From contig NC_007517.1 in the NCBI RefSeq assembly GCF_000012925.1, positions 1,440,001 through 1,472,000 on the forward strand: DNA of 32,000 bases, read 5' to 3'. The notes below the pieces were generated by a model. That model ran no database searches, was not told where the DNA came from, and worked only from the letters and a program-made list of their open reading frames with translations. Of this stretch, positions 1 to 9,944 are shown piece after piece. This DNA comes from Geobacter metallireducens GS-15. Lineage in GTDB: Bacteria; Desulfobacterota; Desulfuromonadia; Geobacterales; Geobacteraceae. Every line of letters begins with the position of its first letter. Position 1 is the first letter of the stretch. A program made the position numbers and the translations under genes.

Positions 1-612
1 ATGTCCGGTAATCCGAAGTCGTCCCTGGCAAAGGCCGGTGACGTATTTCTCGATATATCGGTCAAGGAGGAGGCATGTCCCCTGGGACTGGCGCCTACCG
101 CTTCCACGACGGCCACCTTGGCCATGGGTGACGCCCTTGCCGTGGCGCTTCTGCTCGAGCGTGGATTCCGTCCCGAGGATTTCGCACTGTTTCATCCCGG
201 GGGCTCCCTCGGCAAGAAGCTCCTTCTCACGGTGGGGGATCTGATGCACGCGGGCGATGCCGTGCCGATCGTTACGTCCGATACACCCATGCGGGATGCG
301 CTGTTCGTGATCAGCTCCAAGGGGCTCGGCGTCACCGGGGTAGTAGACGGGAGCGGGGCGCTTCTGGGGGTAATTACCGACGGCGACCTCCGCCGGGCGC
401 TCAGCAAGGGGCTCGCGGTTTTGGAGTTGCCGGCCGGCGAGCTCATGAGCCGCAACCCCAAGCGGATCAAGCGTGGTGAACTGGCTGCCAAAGCCCTTCA
501 GCGGATGGAGCAGTATTCCATTACTTCACTGTTTGTCTTTGAGGGTGACGACGATGCGCAACCGGTTGGAGTCATCCACCTGCATGACCTCCTTAAAGCG
601 GGGCTGGCCTGA
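1..612 (+). CDS. kdsD: Arabinose-5-phosphate isomerase, KpsF/GutQ family (C-terminal 203 codons; the 5' end lies outside the window)
   Basis: The reading frame is open to the window edge. The translation shows the end of a SIS domain (LAMGDALAVALL...FHPGGSLGKK) followed by two CBS-like repeats (GVVDGSGALLGVITDGDLRR, PVGVIHLHDLLKA). The stop TGA at 610-612 shares 1 nt with the kdsC ATG. The gene sits in the classical kdsD-kdsC-lptCAB-rpoN synteny. Confidence 0.85.
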   Translation: MSGNPKSSLAKAGDVFLDISVKEEACPLGLAPTASTTATLAMGDALAVALLLERGFRPEDFALFHPGGSLGKKLLLTVGDLMHAGDAVPIVTSDTPMRDALFVISSKGLGVTGVVDGSGALLGVITDGDLRRALSKGLAVLELPAGELMSRNPKRIKRGELAAKALQRMEQYSITSLFVFEGDDDAQPVGVIHLHDLLKAGLA

Positions 613-1127
613 TGAAAGAGCGTCTCAGCAAAATACGGCTTCTTCTCCTCGATGTGGACGGCGTCATGACCGACGGTCGGATTATCTTCGATTCCAACGG
701 AATTGAGAGCAAATTCTTCAACGTCAAGGATGGTCATGGCATCAAAATGGTTCAGAGGGCAGGGATTGAGGTGGGAATCATTTCGGGCCGCGGGTCGGTG
801 GTCGTGTCTAACCGGGCTGCGGAACTGGGGATTTCTCTTGTCTACCAAAAGTCCCTCGACAAACTAACCCCGTACCGGGAGATTCTGGGAAAAACCGGAT
901 TCACCGATGATCAGGTTGCCTTCGTGGGAGATGATGTCATCGATATCCCGGTGTTGCGCCGGGTCGGCTTTGCGGCGGCTCCGGCCGATGCCGTGGAGGA
1001 TGTTTTTCCTCATGTCCACTTCACTACCCGCAATCGCGGTGGCTGGGGAGCCGTTCGCGAAGTCTGTGATCTGCTGCTCAGGGGGCAGGGGAAATGGGAT
1101 GAGATAACAGCACGTTATTTTAGTTGA
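612..1127 (+). CDS. kdsC: 3-deoxy-D-manno-octulosonate 8-phosphate phosphatase (HAD-IIIA, KdsC family)
   Basis: 171 aa. HAD motif I LLLLDVDGVMTDG and motif IV VGDDVIDIP are present. The length and the position between kdsD and lptC fit KdsC. Confidence 0.85.
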   Translation: MKERLSKIRLLLLDVDGVMTDGRIIFDSNGIESKFFNVKDGHGIKMVQRAGIEVGIISGRGSVVVSNRAAELGISLVYQKSLDKLTPYREILGKTGFTDDQVAFVGDDVIDIPVLRRVGFAAAPADAVEDVFPHVHFTTRNRGGWGAVREVCDLLLRGQGKWDEITARYFS

Positions 1128-1247
1128 TTTTCAGCTTTCTCGCCTAAGGTTCATTCCACCCATCAACTCCCTCCTGCTGGTTACGCACCCAACTCTCGGC
1201 TTACGAAAATTACATCAGCCCATACTCAAGGTTTCTGTAAATTTCTG

Positions 1248-1430
1248 TTAAGGCAGATAGCACTTTTCCCGATAAGCTCTGTATATGCAGAGGATGGCCA
1301 TGTTCAACTCAGGAAGAGAGAGTTGTGGAACGTCTTCGGTCCATTTTCCCCATAACATAACGGTATTTGCCCAGTTTGTGGCGAGAGTAATGCAATCTTT
1401 CAATCTCCGTGCCAAATTTCTCCTTGACAT
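1248..1430 (-). CDS. Hypothetical 60-aa protein (orphan ORF in the AT-rich spacer); may not be real
   Basis: The ATG at 1430-1428 is preceded by AAGGAG (plus-strand ctcctt, 1438-1443) with a 7-nt spacer. I recognise no family for the Trp/Cys-rich product. The local G+C is low, so codon statistics are uninformative. Confidence 0.25.
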   Translation of the reverse strand: MSRRNLARRLKDCITLATNWANTVMLWGKWTEDVPQLSLPELNMAILCIYRAYREKCYLP

Positions 1431-1441
1431 CTAGAATCTCC

Positions 1442-1470
1442 TTTACAGTGATTGGGCGAGATGGTATACT
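1442..1470 (+). promoter_or_regulatory. Candidate sigma-70 promoter for lptC-lptA-lptB (TTTACA-17 nt-TATACT)
   Basis: -35 TTTACA at 1442-1447, an exact 17-nt spacer, and -10 TATACT at 1465-1470. The predicted start is about 5-6 nt before the lptC ATG at 1483. Confidence 0.35.
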
Positions 1471-1482
1471 TCGGCAAAATAT

Positions 1483-2058
1483 ATGGTAAAACCCAATAAA
1501 ATCAGGCATATTCTTGCCTCTGTCATTGTTCTTGCTACTCTCTATATTGCCGTTTCTCTGGCGTTGAAGCTTGGGGCGGGTGGCAAGAAAGATGAGGGGT
1601 TGCCGGCCCTTCCTCGCAATGTGGAGATATCCCTCAGCAAGATTCATTACACTGAAACCAAGGATGGTGTCAGGCAGTGGGACCTCTACGCGGGCAAGGG
1701 TGAATACGACAAGGCGCGGGACGTTACGAGGTTGACAGATGTGCGTCTGGTGCTTCATGAGAGAGGCAAGAGCGGCGAGATAACTCTTGTTTCAGATCAG
1801 GCCGATTACTTCAATGCCGCGAAAAATGTGGCGCTTACCGGAAACGTCGTGGCAAAGAGTGAGTCCGGCATGGAGTTTACCACGGGGCGGGCATCCTACC
1901 AGTCGAACCGCTCCCTCGTGGTGACCGATGACAGGGTAAGGTTTACCGATGGTGGGATGAGCGTCTCTGGCGTGGGAATGGAACTATCCGTCAAGACGCG
2001 TCAGGTGAGGATTTTGAGAGACGTAACCGCGACTGTCGCGCCGGGGAAAAAGGGATAA
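1483..2058 (+). CDS. lptC: LPS export system protein LptC
   Basis: 191 aa with a single N-terminal TM anchor (ILASVIVLATLYIAVSLAL) followed by an OstA-like beta-jellyroll-type sequence. It lies immediately upstream of lptA/lptB. Confidence 0.8.
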   Translation: MVKPNKIRHILASVIVLATLYIAVSLALKLGAGGKKDEGLPALPRNVEISLSKIHYTETKDGVRQWDLYAGKGEYDKARDVTRLTDVRLVLHERGKSGEITLVSDQADYFNAAKNVALTGNVVAKSESGMEFTTGRASYQSNRSLVVTDDRVRFTDGGMSVSGVGMELSVKTRQVRILRDVTATVAPGKKG

Positions 2059-2059
2059 T

Positions 2060-2569
2060 ATGAAACGAATGCTCACGGTGCTGCTTTTCCTCGTGGTGGT
2101 ATCACTGGGGACCGCGCATTCCGCACAACTCCCAAAGGGGGGGCGGCAAGGGCAGCCTATTACCATTAAATCCAATGAACTGTCCACGGACAGCAGGCAT
2201 AATACGGCAACATTCACCGGCAAAGTCATCGCTCGCCAAGGTGATCTGACGATCTACGCAGACAAGCTGGTTGTCCACTACAAGGCTGATGGTGGCGATC
2301 TCGACAGAGTTGAAGCATCGGGCAACGTGCGGATCGTCCAGGGAGATCGCCTCGCCACGGCTCGCGACGGGGTCTACCAGAGTGCCGAGCAGAAGATCGT
2401 TCTGACCGGCGACCCCAAGGTTTTTCAAGGTGAGAATACGGTGTCCGGCAAAGTCATCACCTACTTTGTAGACGAAGAGAAAAGCATTGTCACGGGCGGT
2501 CCGGACACAAGGGTAGAGGCGGTCATTACGCCAAAGGAAAAGGGGAAGGATGGCGGCCAACAGCGCTGA
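2060..2569 (+). CDS. lptA: LPS transport periplasmic protein LptA (OstA N-terminal domain family)
   Basis: 169 aa with signal peptide [21 protein letters not shown]. It has OstA-like repeats ([25 protein letters not shown]...[12 protein letters not shown]...VLTGDPKV). It starts 1 nt after the lptC stop. Confidence 0.85.
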   Translation: MKRMLTVLLFLVVVSLGTAHSAQLPKGGRQGQPITIKSNELSTDSRHNTATFTGKVIARQGDLTIYADKLVVHYKADGGDLDRVEASGNVRIVQGDRLATARDGVYQSAEQKIVLTGDPKVFQGENTVSGKVITYFVDEEKSIVTGGPDTRVEAVITPKEKGKDGGQQR

Positions 2570-3290
2570 TATGGTTTTGCAGGCGCATGGCCTCCGGAAG
2601 GGATTCGGCAAGCGTGTCGTCGTGAATGGGGTTGACCTGCGGGTTGCCACCGGCGAGGTGGTGGGGCTGCTGGGACCCAACGGCGCTGGAAAGACCACCA
2701 CGTTTTACATGGTTGTGGGGCTCTGCCGACCGGATGGGGGGCAGGTCTTTATCGGCGACGAAGAGATTACTGCTCTTCCCATGTATCAGCGTGCGCGCAT
2801 GGGGATCAGCTATCTCCCTCAAGAACCATCAGTTTTCCGTAAACTTACGGTGGAAGAAAACATACTGGCCGTGCTGGAGACTATGGATCTTTCGTCATCT
2901 GAACGGCGTGATCGAGCTGCGGAGCTTATCGGCGAGTTCAAGATTGATCATATAGCAAAAAGCAAGGGATACGCCCTCTCCGGTGGGGAGCGTCGGCGGG
3001 TCGAGATAGCACGGGCACTGGCCACGGATCCCCTTTTCATCCTTCTTGACGAACCTTTTGCCGGCATCGATCCCATTGCGGTGATCGATATTCAGGGGAT
3101 CATTACTGAATTGAAGGCGCGTGGAATAGGGATATTGATCTCTGACCACAACGTGAGGGAGACCCTCGGTGTATGCGATAACGCCTACATCATGAGCGCC
3201 GGCGAAGTGATAGAGTATGGCGATCCGGTCAAAATTGCCGGAAGCAAGCAGGCCCGGGAGATTTATCTGGGAGAAAAATTCAGGCTTTAA
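2550..3290 (+). CDS. lptB: LPS export ABC transporter ATP-binding protein LptB
   Basis: Walker [13 protein letters not shown] signature [15 protein letters not shown], Walker [13 protein letters not shown]. The ATG at 2550 is preceded by AAGGGGAAGG and overlaps the lptA 3' end by 20 nt. Confidence 0.95.
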   Translation: MAANSADMVLQAHGLRKGFGKRVVVNGVDLRVATGEVVGLLGPNGAGKTTTFYMVVGLCRPDGGQVFIGDEEITALPMYQRARMGISYLPQEPSVFRKLTVEENILAVLETMDLSSSERRDRAAELIGEFKIDHIAKSKGYALSGGERRRVEIARALATDPLFILLDEPFAGIDPIAVIDIQGIITELKARGIGILISDHNVRETLGVCDNAYIMSAGEVIEYGDPVKIAGSKQAREIYLGEKFRL

Positions 3291-3384
3291 TCGTTTCAGT
3301 ATCCATGGTGAGCTACGCCTCAGGCGTCACGGGGCGGGCGTTTCTGATCCTGCAGCATGAAACTGTTTCTAGGGTGTTCCAGCT

Positions 3385-4836
<1,452 letters not shown>

Positions 4837-4955
4837 GCCGTTGCGCGCCGTATATTATTTTCTTTCGACGTTTCGGGTTGAAGGTTTGCATTTTCGTGAT
4901 TTAAGAGAATTAAGGGGCAGGTGACCCGAAACGCATCTACCGCAAGGAGGAAGTT

Positions 4956-5501
4956 ATGCAAATTACCACAACGTTCAGGCACATGGAGCAGAGCGATGCC
5001 CTCAAGGGCTACGCTGCCGAAAAACTGGAAAGGGTTAAGAAATATATTGACGAACCCATTACCGCACAGGTCTTCCTCACCGTGGAGAAAATCCGCCACA
5101 TGGCCGAGGTGACCCTGACCGCAAAGGGAGTCACCATCAAGGCCGCCGAAGAAACTAACGACATGTACGCTGCCATTGACGCTGTCGTGGACAAGATCGA
5201 GCGCCAGCTCCGGCGGTATAAGGAGCGCCTTAAGAACCACAAGCCGGCCGTCGACAATCGAGCCCTCGAAGTGCAGAAGACCATCCTTACTGCCGAGAGT
5301 ATCGACCAGCAGCAAGAGCCGGTTATTGTCCGCAGCAAGACCATAACCATCAAGCCGATGTCCGTCGAGGAGGCGGTTATGCAGATGGATCTCCTCCACA
5401 AGGACTTCCTCGTTTTCACCGATTCCACCACCGAAGTCATCAATGTCGTCTACCGTCGCAAGGACGGAAACTACGGTCTCATAGAGCCGTCGCGCAAATA
5501 A
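4956..5501 (+). CDS. hpf: Ribosome hibernation promoting factor, long form (HPF/RaiA family)
   Basis: 181 aa with strong SD AAGGAGGAAGTT before the ATG. It has an N-terminal S30AE/YfiA-type domain and a C-terminal dimerisation domain (KPMSVEEAVMQMDLLHKDFLVFTD). It occupies the conserved position downstream of rpoN. Confidence 0.93.
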   Translation: MQITTTFRHMEQSDALKGYAAEKLERVKKYIDEPITAQVFLTVEKIRHMAEVTLTAKGVTIKAAEETNDMYAAIDAVVDKIERQLRRYKERLKNHKPAVDNRALEVQKTILTAESIDQQQEPVIVRSKTITIKPMSVEEAVMQMDLLHKDFLVFTDSTTEVINVVYRRKDGNYGLIEPSRK

Positions 5502-5583
5502 AGAAGGATGCGCCGCGCCGCTGATTTGATTCGCGTGCGCGGCGCCCTTCCCTTTGCCTTGCGGCGTGGAGGGAGATCAGCAG

Positions 5584-6543
5584 TTGAACACCATCAGCCT
5601 CTCAATCGAAGACCTCCTCAATGACACGGAGTACGGTCTCGACCTCTCCCTCGTTGCGGGAAGGGGAGGGGTCGGCCATCGTGTGTTCAGCTCTCGCATT
5701 CAGAAGCCGGGCCTGGCCCTCACCGGGTACACCGACCACCTCCATCCGGACCGGGTACAGGTGCTCGGGAATACCGAAATATCCTACTTGCGCCAGCTCC
5801 ACGAGGAACTTGCTACGATTTTCGTCGACAAGTTCTGCGAATACCCTATTTCCTGCATCATCGTCACCAAGGGGCTTGATCCGCCCCAGTTCCTCAAGGA
5901 TGCGGCCGAACGCGAAGCAATCCCCCTGCTGGTGACGCCACTTCAGTCGTCAACTTTTATCTCGCTCATTACAAAGTTTCTTGAGGAGCGGCTTCTCCCC
6001 ACGACCCATATCCATGGTGTGCTCGTGGACGTTCTCGGCGTGGGCGTTCTGCTGCTGGGGAAAAGCGGCATCGGCAAGAGTGAGTGCGCTCTTGACTTGG
6101 TCATACGTGGTCACCGCCTCGTGGCAGACGACGTGGTGTTCGTGAAGAAGAAGATGCCGGCAGCCCTTGTTGGACAGGCTGCTGAGGCAATTCAGTATCA
6201 CATCGAAATCAGGGGACTTGGCGTCCTCAACATCAAGAACCTTTTCGGCGTCTCCTCTATCCGTGAAAAAAAGATCATTGAGATGGTGATCGAGCTGGTT
6301 GAGTGGGACCCTCAGCAAGAATATGACCGTCTCGGCCTTGACGACGAAGTATATACCATTCTCGATCTGGAGCTCCCCTACATCAAGATTCCCGTCAGAC
6401 CCGGACGCAACCTTACCTCCATCATCGAGGTGGCCGCCCGCAACCATCTCCTCAAGGGAATGGGTTACCACTCGGCCCGGGAGTTCCAGGAGAAGCTCCT
6501 GGCTCGGATGGAAAACCGTCCTCTTGGGGATGAGGTGGAGTAG
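5584..6543 (+). CDS. hprK: HPr kinase/phosphorylase
   Basis: P-loop GKSGIGKSECALDL and the HprK signature IEIRGLGVLNI are present. I chose the TTG at 5584 because GGAGGGAG lies about 8 nt upstream. The track ORF opens at an upstream TTG (5554) that has no SD. Confidence 0.88.
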   Translation: MNTISLSIEDLLNDTEYGLDLSLVAGRGGVGHRVFSSRIQKPGLALTGYTDHLHPDRVQVLGNTEISYLRQLHEELATIFVDKFCEYPISCIIVTKGLDPPQFLKDAAEREAIPLLVTPLQSSTFISLITKFLEERLLPTTHIHGVLVDVLGVGVLLLGKSGIGKSECALDLVIRGHRLVADDVVFVKKKMPAALVGQAAEAIQYHIEIRGLGVLNIKNLFGVSSIREKKIIEMVIELVEWDPQQEYDRLGLDDEVYTILDLELPYIKIPVRPGRNLTSIIEVAARNHLLKGMGYHSAREFQEKLLARMENRPLGDEVE

Positions 6544-6546
6544 CCG

Positions 6547-7404
6547 ATGCGCGTTCTGGTAATCTCCGGTCTGTCCGGTTCGGGCAAGTCGACGGCGGTT
6601 CGCGTTCTGGAGGATGAGGGGTTTTTCTGCATCGACAATCTTCCGGTTCAGCTCTTTCCGACGATCATCGACCTGGTCAACAAAGCCCAGGAGACGGTGC
6701 CGGGGGTGGCTTTGGTCATGGACATCCGGGGGAGGGATTTTCTCAAGGGCTTCGAGAAGATCTTCCAGGAGATTGATGATGCCGGACACACCATTGAGAT
6801 CATCTTTTTCGATGCAACCGACGAAGTTCTGATCCGGCGCTTCTCCGAGACCCGCCGGCGCCATCCCGCCCTGGAGAGCGGCTCGGTCCCCGAGGGCATT
6901 CGTTACGAACGCGAGCAATTGTCAGGGCTCCGACGCCTTGCCACCCTCGTCATCGACACGTCGGAGCTGAACGTCCATCAGCTCAAAGAGATGGTGCTGG
7001 CACGGGTGAAGGGAGAGGCCGGTGCCCGGAGGATGACGATCCATCTCCAGTCGTTCGGCTACCGGTACGGGATTCCCCTGGAGTCAGATCTGGTTATGGA
7101 TGTCCGTTTCCTATCCAACCCGCATTTTGTGCCGGAGCTCAAACCCTTGTCGGGGCTGGACCCCGGCGTCCGGAACTTCGTTCTTGAAAAACCCGAGACT
7201 ACCCAGTTTCTTGCCCGGTTCGAGGGGCTTCTCGAATATCTTCTTCCCGCCTATCAGCGGGAAGGAAAATCGTATCTTACAATCTCCATCGGCTGCACCG
7301 GCGGCAGACACCGTTCCGTCGCTCTTGTCGAAGAGCTCCGCCGATTCTTCGACCGCGCAGGCATTGCGGTGAAGGTGAGCCACAGGGATATGGAAAAGGG
7401 ATGA
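6547..7404 (+). CDS. rapZ: RNase adapter protein RapZ (YhbJ family P-loop protein)
   Basis: 285 aa. N-terminal Walker A ISGLSGSGKST and the C-terminal motif GCTGGRHRSV are typical of RapZ. SD GAGGTGGAG precedes the start. Confidence 0.92.
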   Translation: MRVLVISGLSGSGKSTAVRVLEDEGFFCIDNLPVQLFPTIIDLVNKAQETVPGVALVMDIRGRDFLKGFEKIFQEIDDAGHTIEIIFFDATDEVLIRRFSETRRRHPALESGSVPEGIRYEREQLSGLRRLATLVIDTSELNVHQLKEMVLARVKGEAGARRMTIHLQSFGYRYGIPLESDLVMDVRFLSNPHFVPELKPLSGLDPGVRNFVLEKPETTQFLARFEGLLEYLLPAYQREGKSYLTISIGCTGGRHRSVALVEELRRFFDRAGIAVKVSHRDMEKG

Positions 7405-7408
7405 AAAG

Positions 7409-7801
7409 ATGATTGGATTGGTGCTCGTTACCCATGCCGGCCTTGCTGAGGAACTCCTCAGGGGGGCCGAGATGATCGTAGGACCCATTGAGTCCGCCGA
7501 AACCATCGGAATCCGGCCGGGAGATCAGGCTGATGCGATCATGGAGCGCATTGCAGAGGCCGTGAAACGTGTTTCCGTGGACGGTGCGCTTATCATGACG
7601 GACATGTTTGGCGGGACGCCGTCGAATATGAGTCTTTCCTTCCTCGAGGCCGACCGCATCGAGGTGTTGACCGGCGTGAATCTGCCGATGGTCATCAAGT
7701 TTGCTGCCGAGCGGGACCGGATAGCTGTTGCCGAACTGGCCACGTCCCTCAAGGAGTGCGGCCGCGAGAGTATCGCCGTGGCCGGAGATTATCTGAAATA
7801 A
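7409..7801 (+). CDS. PTS EIIA component, mannose/fructose/sorbose family (stand-alone)
   Basis: 130 aa. It begins MIGLVLVTHAGLAEEL, which is the EIIA-Man phosphorylatable-His context, and contains TDMFGGTP. Confidence 0.85.
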   Translation: MIGLVLVTHAGLAEELLRGAEMIVGPIESAETIGIRPGDQADAIMERIAEAVKRVSVDGALIMTDMFGGTPSNMSLSFLEADRIEVLTGVNLPMVIKFAAERDRIAVAELATSLKECGRESIAVAGDYLK

Positions 7802-7822
7802 CCGGGAACTACAGGGACTGAA

Positions 7823-8089
7823 ATGCTCGACCAGGAATTCACCATCATCAACAAACTCGGTCTCCACGCACGGGCCTCGGCCCTTTTTGTCAAGACGGCA
7901 AGCCGTTTTCGCTCTGACATAAAGATTGTGCGAGAGGGGATCGAGGTGAACGGCAAGAGCATCATGGGGATCATGATGCTGGCCGCGGCCAAGGGAACAC
8001 TTATCAGGGTGAAAATTGAGGGGGAGGACGAGGCGGAAGCAATGGCCGCCCTCGGAGAGCTTATAACCAATGGATTCGGCGAGGAATGA
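7823..8089 (+). CDS. ptsH: Phosphocarrier protein HPr
   Basis: 88 aa. The His-15 context is NKLGLHARAS and the Ser-46 context is NGKSIMGIM. Confidence 0.93.
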   Translation: MLDQEFTIINKLGLHARASALFVKTASRFRSDIKIVREGIEVNGKSIMGIMMLAAAKGTLIRVKIEGEDEAEAMAALGELITNGFGEE

Positions 8090-9836
8090 AACGAGGATTT
8101 TTCGCGGAATAGAAGCCTCGGCCGGCATCGCCATCGGCACGGCACGCTTGACCGACCGCAGTCGCGTGGCGGTCACCGAGGTTTCCATCGGCGATGAAGA
8201 GGTGGAACTGGAGTGCGCCCGCTTCCTCGCAGCGCTTCAGGATGCCCGGGAAGAGCTCCTTGCTGTCAAGGAGCATCTGGCGTCAAGCCGCGGTCCGGAA
8301 CACCTCTATGTTGTCGATAGCCACCTTCTGATCCTTGAAGATGGGATGCTGACCCGTGGCACCCTTGATCTGATTGCCGGCGAGAAGATCAATGCCGAAG
8401 CTGCCCTCAAGCGTAACCTCCTAAAGTTCAAAGAATTCTTTTCCGCCATTGAAGATGAGTATCTGCGCGAACGGGCCGGTGATGTAGAAACCGTCGTCGA
8501 GCGTATCATGCGCGCCATGGTGGGAAAACGACAGGAGTGCATCGGCTCCATTGACGGTGGCAAGATCGTCATCGTCGCCCACGACCTCTCTCCAACCGAC
8601 ATTCTCCAGATCGACAAGAACAACGTTATCGGCTTCATAACTGATCTGGGGGGACGAACATCACACACCGCCATACTGGCCAGGGCACTGGAAATTCCTG
8701 CAGTCGTAGGTCTTGAAACGATTACCGGCGAAGACATCGACGGACTGCCGATAATCATCGATGGCACTGACGGGACGGTGGTCGTCAATCCCGACCAGGA
8801 TACCTTTCGCGATTACCTGCGGCGCAAGCAACGTTACGACTATCTGGAGCAGGAATTTCTTAAACTGCGGGATCTCCCTGCCGAGACCATAGACGGCCAT
8901 CGGATTTCACTCATGGGTAACATTGAGTTTGCCGAGGAGATCCCAACGCTCAAGGGTCACGGAGGTGAGGGGATCGGTCTTTACCGGACCGAGATGCTTT
9001 ACATGAACCGCCAGGGACTTCCCGACGAAGAAGAGCAATACTTGGCCTACTCCGCAATCGTCGAAGCAATGGCACCTCTGCCGATAACCATTCGCACCCT
9101 CGACGTGGGGGGCGATAAACTCGCCACCGACCTCCATCTGGAAGACGAGATGAACCCGGCCCTGGGACTGCGCGCCATTCGTCTGTCTCTCCGTAAACCC
9201 GAGGTCTTCAAGACCCAGTTGCGGGCAATTCTGCGCGCCAGCGTACGGGGAAAAGTCCGGATATTCTTCCCGATGATTTCGGGGGTAGAGGAAGTGCGCG
9301 CCGCCAAGGCGATTCTGGAGGAAGCGAAAAATGAGCTCCGTGCTGAAGGAGTTCCCTTCGACAACGCCATTGATGTTGGCATCATGATCGAGATTCCGTC
9401 GGCTGTGCTCGTTGCCGACATTCTTGCCCGGGAGGTGGATTTCTTCAGCGTCGGCACCAATGACCTCATCCAGTACTCGTTGGCCATCGACCGAACCAAT
9501 GAGCACCTGGCGCACCTCTATCAACCGATGCACCCCGCTGTTCTCCGATCTCTCCGGACGGTGGTCGATGCGGCCCATGCCGCCGGAATCCGCGCCTGCA
9601 TGTGTGGCGAGGTGGCGGGCGAGTCACGCTATCTTCCCATACTCCTCGGTTTGGGGTTTGATGAACTGTCCATGACCGGCGTGTCGATTCCGCGAGTCAA
9701 GAAAGTCCTGCGCCGGGCCGTCAAGGCTGACGCCCAGTTGCTCGTCTCCCGGGCCTTCACTTTTTCCACCGCCGCCGAAGTGGAGGCCTTCCTGAACAGC
9801 GAGATTTCCGCACGGTTTTCCGAGAGTTTCGACTGA
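8070..9836 (+). CDS. ptsI: Phosphoenolpyruvate-protein phosphotransferase (PTS enzyme I)
   Basis: 588 aa. It shows the N-terminal GIEASAGIAIG, the phospho-His region GGRTSHTAILARALEIPAVVG, and the PEP-utilising C-terminal domain (FFSVGTNDLIQY). It overlaps ptsH by 20 nt. Confidence 0.93.
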   Translation: MDSARNETRIFRGIEASAGIAIGTARLTDRSRVAVTEVSIGDEEVELECARFLAALQDAREELLAVKEHLASSRGPEHLYVVDSHLLILEDGMLTRGTLDLIAGEKINAEAALKRNLLKFKEFFSAIEDEYLRERAGDVETVVERIMRAMVGKRQECIGSIDGGKIVIVAHDLSPTDILQIDKNNVIGFITDLGGRTSHTAILARALEIPAVVGLETITGEDIDGLPIIIDGTDGTVVVNPDQDTFRDYLRRKQRYDYLEQEFLKLRDLPAETIDGHRISLMGNIEFAEEIPTLKGHGGEGIGLYRTEMLYMNRQGLPDEEEQYLAYSAIVEAMAPLPITIRTLDVGGDKLATDLHLEDEMNPALGLRAIRLSLRKPEVFKTQLRAILRASVRGKVRIFFPMISGVEEVRAAKAILEEAKNELRAEGVPFDNAIDVGIMIEIPSAVLVADILAREVDFFSVGTNDLIQYSLAIDRTNEHLAHLYQPMHPAVLRSLRTVVDAAHAAGIRACMCGEVAGESRYLPILLGLGFDELSMTGVSIPRVKKVLRRAVKADAQLLVSRAFTFSTAAEVEAFLNSEISARFSESFD

Positions 9837-9855
9837 TTTCTTCCCGTTTTCTTCC

Positions 9856-9885
9856 TTGACATCCGTTGCTGCCAGCTTATACAAT
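9856..9885 (+). promoter_or_regulatory. Candidate sigma-70 promoter of metK (TTGACA-18 nt-TACAAT)
   Basis: A perfect -35 TTGACA lies at 9856-9861 and -10 TACAAT at 9880-9885. It sits about 60 nt upstream of the metK ATG. Confidence 0.5.
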
Positions 9886-9944
9886 TCACACCTTTGCAAA
9901 TCATTGAGCAGGCCATTTTCACCAGCGAGGAGGAACGATCAGCG

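Noticed and set aside
5510-5545. A perfect 9-bp GC stem (GCGCCGCGC / GCGCGGCGC) lies between hpf and hprK.
   Set aside because: The 18-nt loop and the absence of a following U-tract argue against an intrinsic terminator. It may be an mRNA hairpin, but I cannot assign it a function.
9837-9944. I looked for a SAM riboswitch upstream of metK and for an SAH riboswitch upstream of ahcY (14202-14254).
   Set aside because: The predicted 5' UTRs are only about 50-60 nt. They show no extended conserved stem architecture and are too short for those aptamers.
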